A DNA stretch of 64,000 bases. It comes from Thalia democratica (Eukaryota). This document shows positions 12,601-24,568 of the stretch, piece after piece. The first letter of the stretch is position 1. The number at the start of each line of letters is the position of its first letter. The notes under the pieces are model-generated. The model was given only the letters and a program-made list of their open reading frames with translations. It ran no database searches and was not told where the DNA came from. A program made the position numbers and the translations under genes. The stretch covers positions 72,354,001 to 72,418,000 of the forward strand of contig OZ241829.1 in the NCBI GenBank assembly GCA_965202585.1, read 5' to 3'.

Positions 12601-15283
12601 ATAAACTTCAGTATTAACATTTCATAGAGGCTTTACAAACATTTAGATATAGACAAACTGGTGATTATATTCGAATTTTTGTATGAGTAAAGTTTGAATT
12701 AATGCTTTCTACAGTAATTTACTTGACCACACATACCGCTTAAAGTCTTTTAAATTCCTTTTGTACAAAGTTTAATTGAAGTAAGTTACGTAAGCAAAAA
12801 ACAGACAAAACCTGTTTTGTATCACTAAAAAAGGTTTTTAATTTCCGATTTTTAATCATAAATATTATGTCCTATATCTATACAAAAAAAATTGTTGTAA
12901 TTAACAAATTGTGTACTTAATGCAGTCTGAACAAATTAAAAATAAATCATAAGTTACGATATGTATGTTGAAGTTTAATGTTTAATAACGTCACTTAAAT
13001 AATAGCTTAAAAAATACTTGTTAGCAAAAGAATGTTCTAACTTTTAAATTAGTTATTTAAAACAGATCGCAAAACAAAATAAAAACTGACTATTGGAACG
13101 ATTTAGAGATAGTAACAAGCCAAACTGAAACTTTTGTTTTATTAAACAATGAACAGATTGACAAATTTAATAAGAAGGTTATTAACTATCATGTGATAAC
13201 TTATTTAGTTTAAGCTTGGCTATGTAATCAAACTTATTCAATAACCAAATAAAAATTCTAACAACGTGTAAGTAAAAGCTTTTTGTATAACAATTTTCGA
13301 ACGAAAATAACAACGTATTTAAGACAAAACAGTTTTAAAGTTTAGAAACCTCAAGTTGTTCTACTAATCTATAATTACTAACTTATCTTTTGATATTTCA
13401 GATAAAACTGAACAAAAACTTTCCGTTGTACGCCGGAAGTGTAAAAAATATTACGTCACAAGGCAACGTTCCAAACTTTATTGGAACTTTTCAAAAAGTT
13501 AGTTTGATCGTAGTAAATTAGTATTCATTAAAAGTTCAATATTAAACGAGCTTTAAAGTTGAAACTAAGGTTATCATAAGAGCTATAACTGAATAATCTG
13601 TTTCTACTTTTTTATACGTCTGATAAACTTATTTATGTCATATATTTATGATAGATCAAACAACAACAAAGCAAACTATATTTAACAATTTTTGGTCTGT
13701 TATCTTCTTTTAATTATAATCATATTTAACGCAGTTGACAATCAACAACATGAATATGTTCCAACCAAACTTGATGAAGATGACAAATATAAAGTCTGAT
13801 GAAAACTCCCCGTGCAAACAAGGAACCTGCAGGAACCAAGCAAAGTGTTTCAGTTACCACGAAGAGTTTTATTGCGAGTGTCCAGAAGGTTTCACTGGTG
13901 TCAATTGCGATCAAGGTAAATCAAACAGTTTTTACTGATAGTAAATTTAAACGAAACATGATTTATAAATTAAAAACTTTTATAGAAATGAACAGTTCTG
14001 CATTTTATTTTGACGGAAGTTCACCAGCATTGCAAAACATTAATTTTGATGAAAGGTTTTTGTTTAAATTTAATTTTTAAACTGTAAATATATGAAAATT
14101 TCTAAAACTAAGTAGATTCAGATACTAAAATGAGTGTTATTATCAATTCTGTATTACAGACTTTTGATTAAAATTGTAATGTGAAGCTTTTAAGTAAGTG
14201 TCAATAAAACTAAATACAATGTTTGTTACTATATTTCAATTTTAACCATTCAGTTTTATTATTAAAAACATAAAGTATTTTAAACACAACAAAAACTTGA
14301 TTGTATACAAACTTCAAAAAAACTAAAACAACAACAACAGTTCACCATTTGCATTCAAGCAACTGAAAATAAAATTCAAAATAAAAGAGCTTCAAGGAGT
14401 TTTGGCAAAAATAAAAATGTCGTTAGATAATGATCACAATTCATCTCTTGCAATTGGTGTTAATGAAGAAATTCAAGTTTATGTTAAGATGACAAATAAA
14501 AACCAAACCAAGTTGATAAAATCAAGGAACACAGTCAAACTGAATGAAAAATGGAACAACTTAAACATAAAAGTGTAAGTAGAAGTGAAACAATAACACT
14601 ACTTAATAAGTTTGATTAAAATGATTTTTTTAAATAAACTTATAAGCTTTGGTGTATTGAATTTTTGTTTAGTGTTAAAGTAAAATAATTGTATTATTAG
14701 TAACTTATTTTTAGATGGGATAACCTTGTTGTATTAAGTTTGAATGACGACCAACCCACTTACTTGTCAAATTTTAATGGAAAATACTCAAAAATCAAGT
14801 TTAACAACCAATTGATAATTGGTAAGTTTTATTTAGTTATATTGAGTAAACAACTGATAAACAACGTTTCGAATATTTTTTAATTAATTCTTCACAAAGT
14901 TTTTACTACTGTATATTTAGGTATAGTAAATTTTAAGTAATTTTATCTTTTCAGTTGTTTAGTAGAAACTTAAAATGTTTTTTGTTACAAAAATTAAAAA
15001 CGTTAAATGAAAAAAAAGTTGAAACTTCTACCCATCATAATCTAAAATTTGTTACAAAATGTAAATAGAATAAATACTCTGTCATTACTCTATATATAAC
15101 ATAAACAAATATAATTTTAACTTAGGTGGCGAGAACTCAAACCAGGTTACAATATCAAATAACTTTGTTGGATGCATCTGTGAGTTTGTCCTTGGTCTGA
15201 CAAAAGTCAAACTCAATGAATTGAAAGACATTCAGAATAATAACAGTTATGATCTCTGCAAAAACAATGACTTCAACTCCTGA
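692..15283 (+). CDS. Agrin-like/EYS-like secreted ECM protein, 3' portion (S/T stalk - SEA - LamG - EGF - EGF - LamG - EGF - LamG); 5' end lies upstream of window
   Basis: 19 GT-AG exons with consistent phases: 692-716, 854-978, 1261-1480, 3130-3153, 3464-3656, 5391-5499, 6595-6701, 9670-9786, 11157-11329, 11637-11789, 12058-12177, 12366-12471, 13066-13177, 13402-13497, 13735-13915, 13986-14055, 14341-14574, 14715-14821, 15126-15283. Total 2430 nt = 809 aa + TGA. LamG motifs: PSFSGSSYI, FSFKTFDFNGWLL, SDGNWHIV, LYLGG, GLTGCI, NFVGCI. EGF motifs: PCNPNPCHQEADC..CKC, PCLSSPCSSDKIC..CLC, PCKQGTCRNQAKC..CECPEGFTGVNC. The SEA call rests on overall pattern resemblance only. Family name is by architecture, not a database hit. 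Confidence 0.85.
6271..6340. repeat. Dispersed repeat fragment, copy 1 (copy 2 at ~32717-32790)
   Basis: AGTTTCG(G/T)TCAAAGACCTC..CAGTGCTTA..TAAA..TCTTATT(C/G)AAATA is shared in the same orientation between introns of two different genes; probably a small TE family. Confidence 0.7.
8030..8625. mobile_element. Foldback / MITE-like long inverted repeat in intron 7 of the agrin-like gene
   Basis: Arms ~8030-8258 and ~8396-8625 (~230 bp, roughly 85-90% identical by eye; e.g. GTGTTTCATGCAAACGCAATGATCACGATTAAAAACTCT vs AGAGTTTTTAATCGTGATCATTGCGTTTGCATGAAACAC), with a ~135 bp T-rich spacer. No clear TSD. Confidence 0.85.
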
Positions 15284-15284
15284 A

Positions 15285-15290
15285 AATAAA
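15285..15290 (+). promoter_or_regulatory. Candidate polyadenylation signal AATAAA of the agrin-like gene
   Basis: AATAAA immediately after the TGA at 15281-15283. AT-rich context makes chance occurrence likely. Confidence 0.3.
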
Positions 15291-16988
15291 ACTAAATATT
15301 TTATAATGAAGCTCCACTTTTAAATAATAATGTTTGAACAGTTTTTCACAAAAAAAAAGCTTTTGAAACTGCCAATTTATATTATGCCATATTTTATTAT
15401 TTATTAATCTTGTTTTATTTTTACACTTTGACCGTACTTCATAACCTTTTTATACAATTTTAAAACAAAAACCTACGTTTTTTATATTTCAAAACAGAAA
15501 ACTTTACTTTTTTAAATTTTCAATTTAAATTGTACCTCAATTAAATGCTACCTAATTTTGTTTGTGTTTACGACTGAAGATACTTCACTGTAATAACGAT
15601 ACAGCATAAAAATTTTTAAATTTTTACAAGTTACCAAAGCCTTTTTGCCTGATTTTTTTTTTTTTTATTGTATATTATTTCAACTATACAAACATTTAAG
15701 TCCCAGTTGCCTATATTTTGTAAAATTATTTATTTTTTTTTAATATTTGACATTAAATATTTTTGTGTTTAGAGTCTACTTTTTTAAATTTAGTTATTCA
15801 CCATACTGTTTTTAAGATTTGCTATATGTTTTTGAGATGTTTTTTTGTAATAGTTTCTACCCAATTTAGTAATAATATGATATTTTGTACATTACATAAC
15901 TTATAATGAAAAATGATTATTTTGAACATCTTGTGTTTCATACCATCATAAAATTTCAAAAAAGTGCTCATACAAAGTTTATTTTTTCAATTAAAGACAT
16001 TTAGTGATATCGTTAACATTTTTTTTCTACACTTTTATTAAAACTTAATGAAATTTTCAACAATGATAATTTTGTAATAAAAACTAAATTTATATTGTGA
16101 ATCATATTATGACATTTAATACAAATTAAATAAAAGCAACTTAAACGACAAAAAGTTTTATAATGTGTTTCTTTTATATAAGTGATATGCAAATTAATGT
16201 AGTTATCATTTTGTTAAAAAAATTATCCATTTTCAAAAAATAAAAAATAAAAATTTTGAAATGATATAACATTCTTATACAATAAAAAAGATTTATTTAA
16301 AAAATCATTAAAAAAGCTAGACTTATTTTTTATTAAAACAACTCAACGTTACTCGTTCTTTAAATTTTCTTACGTTAAACACTTATTTTAAAGATATCAA
16401 AAATAAAACTTTACAACAGATATAAAACCTTTAACGTCAGCTTAAAATATTTAAGTTATTTTTATAAATAACATAGTTGACAAGAGACAAACAGGAATTT
16501 AAAACATAATAATAAAAATATCTGTGATTTTGTTTGTAATTCTCATGTTATTCAAAACTAAAACAAGTTTTAAACAAACAGTCTTTTCAGTCGCATAAAA
16601 TTTTGAAGAAAAGAATTGTTGTTTTGACAACTCACACAGAACTATTAACGACTAATACGGAAAATTACAACTAAAAACATCAAATTGCCACTCTTAATTT
16701 TATATTTCAAACGTTAATTCAGTAAGTTTCTGACACTGCATTGTATTTCTTAAAACTTCGCAATAGACACCTTGCAACATATTTCGTTATTCTAATTTAA
16801 GCCAAATATATTTATTTTTTTTTGTTTTAATAATACCAAAATTTTTACATACACTAAAAAATTAAAGCTTAATTCGTTTTTTTTTTTTTTGTTATGACCT
16901 AGTTAAAAAAAAACTTTATATAATTTCTTCATTTTTGAATGAATTATAACATTACATTAAAATTAAATAAAGCTAAACTACCTAACTA

Positions 16989-17702
16989 CAGTATTCTACC
17001 GCTTAAGTACGCAAATTGAACCCGACCAAAAAGTGCGTACTTAGCACGGGTAGTGCGTACTTTTTGACGACATAGTATGATATGAAATTTAGTTGTTTGT
17101 TATCTTCTTACAACTAGCCACCAAATAAATAAGCCAAGTAAACCCGTTTTTTTTTAATTTTAAATAACATTTAATACACAATTCTAATCTGCAAAACTTT
17201 CAAATAGGTTTTAAAACGATTTATTTTTTCTATAAAAAGTTTCCTTATAATTAATACATAAATTTAATATAGAAAGTCAATGTCAGTCAATGATATAAAA
17301 AAGAATATTAAGCCATATTTTCCATATTTTGTTTTGTTAGAGGGAAAGTACCAAATTACATTGTGTTTACCAAACATTTTCAAAACATCAATGTGTGTAC
17401 ATTTAAATTAGATTATGACTTAAATATGTTGTATTTGTAGGTTTTTTAACTTTGTCATCAAGAATTATTTAGATTATAGAGTTACAGCTCAAATATCATT
17501 ACTCTTTTCACTTTTCTGCAACCACTACATAAGTATTTAGTTTCATAAGCAATTATTTAGGTTATTTGTTTATTTAAATTTAGTATAAATGTATGAAAAA
17601 ATATATAAAAAATTTAGAAACTTTTTTTGTTATTCTGGATAAGTGCGCACTTAAGGTGGGGTGCGTACCAAAAAAAGTGCGTACTTAAGCGGTAGTCTAC
17701 TA
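16989..17702. mobile_element. Tc1/mariner(pogo)-type non-autonomous element (MITE), 714 bp
   Basis: Perfect 18-bp inverted core CTACCGCTTAAGTACGCA (16996-17013) / TGCGTACTTAAGCGGTAG (17678-17695). Termini are (C/T)AGTA, flanked by TA on both sides. Subterminal GTGCG(T/C)AC repeats occur at both ends. Confidence 0.8.
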
Positions 17703-20700
17703 TACATTATTTAACGTCATCAACTTGAAAAGCCTTAAAATTAGAAAATGTTAGTTCATTTAATTAAAAATTTACGCATTGACAAAACTGTTCAAACTTT
17801 TGTTGTTCTTTAATTGTTTAAGGTGTTTAATATTACAGAAAAGTTTAACTTGAATTTTAATAATTTTATAAAGTATGTTAAAACTAAAGTAAATCAACGT
17901 AAGTAAAAAATTTGAAAACTTAAGATGGTAAAAGATGATCCTTTTACCATCTTAAGTTTTCTTTTTACTTATTTATGCTTAAAAGTCTTGTTTTATCAAA
18001 ATTTTACCAAACTCTTATCTAAACAGTATTTAGTTTACATTTTTTATTTAAACTCAATATTACTTACTCATTTTCTAGCTTTAATACATGTTAGTATTAT
18101 ATTTTATAGCTTCGCTAAAAACAACAGTAGTTGATATGTGTGTTTTAAAAATTTTCTACTAATAAAAATGCGATGTATTTGTCGTTGTTTTTTATTATAT
18201 TGTAGCTATAGTTAAGTGATTACTGGTTAAAGTTTAGGTATAAAGAGTAAGTTTATTGAACATAAAACTGAAAGCAAAAGTAATTATTTAAGTTGGCTTA
18301 AGGACCTGGCTGTGCGATAAATACTCTCACTCATCGAGTTAATCAAAAAAACTGAAAAGTCATTATTATAAAATCTATTATTAACTTTAAGTATGATTTT
18401 AAAGTTTGTAATCCAAACAAAAAAAATATATATTCAAATAAGTTAGATAGAATTTTTTTTTTACAAATAAATTCTTTAAATTCAATTAAACTTTAATTTT
18501 AATCAAAGTTACTCAATTAGTATCTATCTTGGGAAACTTAAAGTCAGTTTGACAAACAAAACTTTTTACAATGTTAAAAAAATGATGCTAATTAGTAGGC
18601 ATAGAAAACTAGTTGAACTAAAGTCCTTTACTTAACTTAAATATTTATTTTACTATCACAAATTGTTTTAAAAATTGCATGTTATATAAGAATACCTATT
18701 TTTCAATATAGAGTTTATATTTTTTTTTTTGCATTGATTGTTTATATTTGCGTAACTGTTTCGTTATGCGTTTCTAGATTATATATTTTTTTTTTGCTAA
18801 ATTAAAGTTTTTTTGATATGACAAATCATCTTGTATCAAAATAAAATTTGTCAATTTTTTTGTCACATTAGAATACAAATACCTAAATTTCGGTTATTAA
18901 GTAATATCCTTGGTCTTATACAGAAGAGATATGATGTTTACGATTTTCATACCAATCTAGGTAATCAAGTATTATTTATTTACCAAAATAAAATAACTGT
19001 TTAGGAAAGATTTTAGGAAGTCATTCGTATTGTTTTAAAATTTTTGAAATGTATTACATAAGAAAGAGTCTGATTGTAAAGTAGAAGATTATAAAAACAT
19101 AGCAAACAAGAAAAGTAAAAAAGGTTTTCATTTAAGATAGTCTCACGTATTGATATGTATTTTAGTACTAATCATTACAGAAAACATTAAACTGTTTTGA
19201 ATAAAATATGCTGATTAAAAAAAGGGTATTAACATATTAAAAATGTTGATCTAAAATAGAAATAAAATATAAATTAATATGGTAAAAAGTATAGTAGACT
19301 TTTTAATGTTTAGATTAGATTTGTTTTTTCATTCTATACTAATTTTAAGAAAAAAAGCAAAACCTTGGTTGAAATCTAGTTTGTATTTTAATTTATTTAA
19401 GTAAAGATATAAAGTTTGTTTATAAAATTACACTCACTATGTCTTAAAAACTGTTGTTTATTAGAAAAACTCATAATTTAAAATACAATTCATATGTCAA
19501 ATGAAACTAAGAATTTATTACATTAGTAAAATCTCTCGTAATTTTATAGTTCTTAATAAAACTTTACAGAACATTAAATAATTCGTTCATTTGCTCTAGA
19601 CTGTGAGAAAAAATAACATCATTTTTTAGCAAACCTATTTATTTTGTTTTTTGATAGAAAATAGTCAAGTATCAGCATATTGCATGAACTTTAGAAAAAA
19701 GCTCTTTTATTTAGTAAATCATTAAAAAACTTAATGTCATGACTAAACCAAACTATAATGAAAAATGTATATTTAGAAATTAGTGTGCTAATTGTGGTAC
19801 TGTATTAAAACTATAACGTTAACGGATGTATGTATTGTTTTATTTATCGAGTGTTCCTATATATAGTTAAGTTTGGGATATTAAAATATAAAATGTTAAA
19901 GTTTACAATATAACATAGCACTTTCAAGCATCATCTTAATTAGAATCAAAATTGATACAACTAATTTTACACAAAATGATACTAAAAACATCTAAACCAC
20001 TTTAAAAATAAAACAAAAATATACTTTTCTTTGTTAATTTATTTATTGTTCTAAATATTTCAAAGCTAGGATTATGATATCTATTGCAGTTTAAAAAAAA
20101 AATTCATACTAGTTTATTTATAGAGTTTACAGAAGTAAAACTAAGTTACTTGCAAAAAGAACGTTTTTATTACCTACTTTAAAATGCATTTTTCTACTCA
20201 ACAGTTAATTAATTCAAGTAGTATCTAAGTACATAAAGTTTATTCGTAAAAAAATGTGTTGTGTTTTAAATTTAAAAAAGTTTTATAGTATTTAATAAGA
20301 CAATGCAAAGTTTTCAAGCCAATAGTTTATATTTCTTTAAATTAAAATGTTTTAATCAAAAATTTATTTTAGTTTTCACCAAATTATAAAAAAAAATTAT
20401 TCAAGTAGTTTCAAACTTTTAATGTATATGCAGTGTTTTAGTTAGTTTTCTATTGAATAACGTATCACTATTTACTAAAAATACTATCTTCGTATTGGTT
20501 TATTGAAACTATTACCAAGCTTTTTATTAGCTTTTATAAATGAAAGCTTTATAAATACTTATACTAGAAGCATATGATTAAAACATTTTTTTTTAAACTA
20601 AAATAACTAATTTGGTCAAACAAAAACTTCGACTGTTTTAAAAAACAATAATTGAATACAAAGTATAATTAACAGTTTATTAAGTCCGCCAAGGTACTAT

Positions 20701-22687
20701 AAGTTTATTTTAAAATTGTAAAATTTAAACCATTACTTGTTAGCAAAATTCACTTATCGCTTTTTTAAAGGGTCTTTTAATCTTTCTGTATCTTTTTACT
20801 ACCAATAACCATATATATATATACAAGTATTAGTTCAAATAAATCTTAAACTGTAGGTTTTTATTAATATGAACATTTTAAAACTTAACTAATTATAAAC
20901 TATTATAAGCTTTATCCTAGTTTGATTAGTCTTATATTACTACAATCTGTCATAAAAATTGAAAATAAATTAATAATGTAGTAAATTTTTTGTAACAAAA
21001 GATTATATTTTTTACTTAATTCTAGGAATTACAACAAGGCTTTTATTTAATTATGACAATTATTAACACACTCTCTACTGAATTCTAGCTACAAGTAGAT
21101 CTAACTGACGATTGTTTGTTTTAAACTTTGTAACTTTGATATTTTTAAGTTTTTGTTCTTTGTGTTGCTACCTCTTACATAGTTCTGAACCATAATTGCT
21201 TTCAAACTACAGCCAAATAAGTGATTTATATGATTAAGCTAGTTAAAATGATACTTTGTAAGTAGCAACTATTCTTTTAACTTTACAAACAAAAAGCGTA
21301 TCTTTAAAATTTAGTTTTCCTTATTATATGACGCATTGTAGCAATTGCTGACCTGTCATGGTTCCCAAAATTTTTTCATAAAGTCCACTTTGAACAAACT
21401 AAAAAGAGCTATGTCACCCTCTAAAAATATTTCAAAAAAAAAAAAAACTTAAATACGCTTAGGACTTTTTGATTGCTCTTCATCATCAACTCTGGAATAT
21501 TTAGTGTAGGTTACAAAGTATGACCTTGTGGCTCCCGTTTGAATCTTTCACGACCCCTCCTTAGGCCCCTTTGGAGTTTAAGACCCATTAAATTTCTGAT
21601 TTGTATCCAAGGGGTTTATATGGTCAACTGAGCTGAATGATTAAGATAAATTAAATAAGTATTTATAGTTTTATTTATAAAGTATACTACTGGCATTCTT
21701 TGTTGAGGAGTATTTATCTGAAAACCTTATTTAAAGTACTTATACTTTTTCATAAGTAGACTTAAGATATTAGTTTTGCACAATGTGGAAAATTTATATT
21801 AACAAATATTACTTTTTACACTAACCTTTGTCGTCATGTCTAAAAACAAAACTTGTTTTAATCCTTATTTAAAAAAAAGTTTACAGAAACATTAACTTAG
21901 TATATTTTTTGTTATCAATAGTGTGTATAAAACATAAGGCATTGAAAATAAAGTTTTTGTTTGTTTATTTTATTAATAAAATCTATTAAGCAGTACACAT
22001 TACAATTATTAATTTTCGATTTAAATATTTCCATTCGTTTTTACAAATAGAATAGTAAGTACTAAAAATACATTTTAAATTTGTTTAGTAACAGCACTAA
22101 GCTTTTTAAACACTTATCAAAATAAACTTTTTTTTTGCTAAACTTGATGCAATATGCTAATAGATCTTCATATTTTTAATTAAAACTTTAAACAAGTAAT
22201 TTAAAAAAAAGTTTGTAAATCTTAAAGAAAATATAAAAACTAACAACAATTCTAAAGAAATTTTTTAAGGACAATTAACTTAATGAGAGTTTTTTTAATA
22301 AGTTTTGTGTGTCTTCTGAATACATTTCAAAACTTAACTATGAATTTTTAACTGCTACACTTACTAAAGTACATTAAGCTTTAGATTTAGAATATAACTT
22401 AAAACTTATTAATACTGACTACGTTTTTACAAAAATTTTAATAGTTTTTTGATAAAATCAACTAGTATTGCATGAAATAAAAAAAATAAAATTTTTATGT
22501 AAATTAAAATATATAACCTCCAACAAAATCATTATACTTACTTATATTTAAATACTTAAAGTTTAAAAACAGCCAAAAATTAATATACTTATTAGTTTTA
22601 AAAAAATCTGTAAGTACTTACAAATTGTTATAAGCTCTGTTTTTCCATAACAAAAATTTGTTGTAGCTTGTCCTAAAAACTGTTATA

Positions 22688-24568
22688 ATGATAAAACTCT
22701 CATTAAAATTTTATGTTAGTTCAAGCAAACTGTTAGTTGGAATTGTTGGTTTGTCTGCTCTGGCTGGTACTGTTTATTATTTCTCTTGTGTGGAAAAAGT
22801 AATGCCTCTGTCAAAGTTTATGGACAAAACTTCAGTGCAGGATAAAAACAAACGCGAGGCTTCAGATCTTCATGAAGCAAATGCAGTAGAACAAAATGAT
22901 AAAGAAGTTAGAGGTAGTTCAAAAAGCAACAACACATTACATCCTGGTAACAATTCCCAACAAAACCAACTGAAAAAGTCTCAATCATCGCAGGTCTTTT
23001 GTGCAAGTACTAATCACAAAGTTGTCACTCTTGGAAATGCTCAACCTATGATAAGTTCAACTATTAGCAATTCATCTGAATCTAACAATCTGACAAGATG
23101 ATAGTGACCATAAACCTAACCATGTTTGTGTTGAAGATGAACATCATAACGATAAAAGAAAGCATATAGAGAATGACAATGTCAGTTCAAATGTAGGAGA
23201 TGGGACAGTAAATAGTGTAAAGATTGAAAATAACGATAGTATGTTAGCTGAAAGTTTACCTAAAGACGAATATGTAAGTTCAAATAAAAATAATGAACTT
23301 GACAGAAACTCTTCTGATAACAGATCAGCAGTAAGAGAAGACGATTATCACTATCAAGTGGAAACTGTTTGTGCTAAAGTCGAAAATCAGAATGATAAAA
23401 GTCAGCATATAAAGAAAGGCAATGTTAGTTCTGTTGTAGATAATGTAAAGATTGAAAATAACGATAGTAATTTAGCTGAAAATTTACCAAAAGACGAGGG
23501 TGTATGTTCAAATAAAACTAACGAGCTTGACAGAAACTCTTCTGATAACAAATCAGCAGTAAGAGAAGACGATTATCACTATCAAGTAGAAAATGTTTGT
23601 ACTAAAGACGAAAATCAGAATGATAAAAGTCAGCATAAAAAGAAAGACAATGTTAGTTCTGTTGTAGAAGATGTAACGGTTGAAAATGTAAAAGCTGTAA
23701 ACAAACAAGGTAATTCGTTTGGCAATTGCCTGAAAATGAGAATTTGTGTTTAAGTACAAATGATCAACCAGAAAAAAACTCTTCAAGTAATAAATCAGTA
23801 GAAAAAGTTGAAAATGTTAATTTTGAAGAAACTCAAAATAACACTAAAGCAAATGACGTAATACCCAGTAGCACGGACGTTAATGAAGCTAAATTCTCAG
23901 ACTCAGGAGAATCAAAAAGTTTAAACCTTTCTGACCTAATTAATGGTAATCTGTATGAGTGCGAAGTGTTTATGGACCATTTAACAATCAATAACAATAA
24001 ACTGGAAAAGGCTGTTGAATGTTTGAGTAAAGTTAAAGGAAAGAAAGAGAAAAAGTTAAAAGAAGCACTAGATAGAGTTAAGGTATGTTTAGAAGCAGAA
24101 GATGATGAACAAGTTAAGCTGAAAGATGATTTGTTAAATGAGTGTATGCAACAGTTAACAACTTTGAGAAAAGAATTATGGAAAGATGTTGATGCAGTTA
24201 AATTGAAATCTAGTGAAAATTTCAAGCCCTTTACATTAACAATTTTCGAAGCATTTGTTCAATTTATCAAATTGGTAAAACAATCATTCAAAGAAGCACA
24301 TAGTGCATTTCATATTATCGATAACTTATGTAGTAGAGATAACTCGAGTGTGAAGTTCAAAACCAAGTTAGACGACATTAAAAACAGCTTTAAGGAATCT
24401 TCTGATAAACTTGATGAAATTAAACATTGGTGCGAAACTGCCGCTTTTAAGGATGTAATCAGAGAGACCCAGGATATAGTCAAACTCGTATTTAAGAAAA
24501 TTGAGGAGACTTTAATTGATAACTATAATTACAAGTTTTTCAAAGTGGTCTTGAATAAAAATATATAA
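22688..24568 (+). CDS. Unrecognised protein: N-terminal hydrophobic signal-anchor, N/S/D/E-rich 76-aa tandem repeats, ~210-aa predicted helical C-terminal domain; reading frame interrupted twice (short introns, indel errors or pseudogene)
   Basis: Three abutting open frames: 22688-23101, 23094-23753 (open upstream of the annotated Met 23241) and 23714-24568. Hydrophobic LLVGIVGLSALAGTVYYF at residues 15-32. Repeat-like sequence continues across both junctions. First and last segments share the same frame. Confidence 0.6.
23217..23690 (+). repeat. Coding tandem repeat, 228-nt (76-aa) unit, ~2 near-identical copies plus degenerate flanking copies
   Basis: GTAAAGATTGAAAATAACGATAGT at 23217 and 23445. 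The peptide VKIENNDS.LAE.LPKDE..SNK.NELDRNSSDN.SAVREDDYHYQVE.VC.K.ENQNDKSQH.KK.NVSSVV is repeated. Confidence 0.95.

Noticed and set aside
23833-24225. 130-aa minus-strand ORF (also 23553-23786)
   Set aside because: Antisense shadows of the Lys/Glu/Asn-rich coding sequence of gene B; Ser/Leu/Phe-rich composition.
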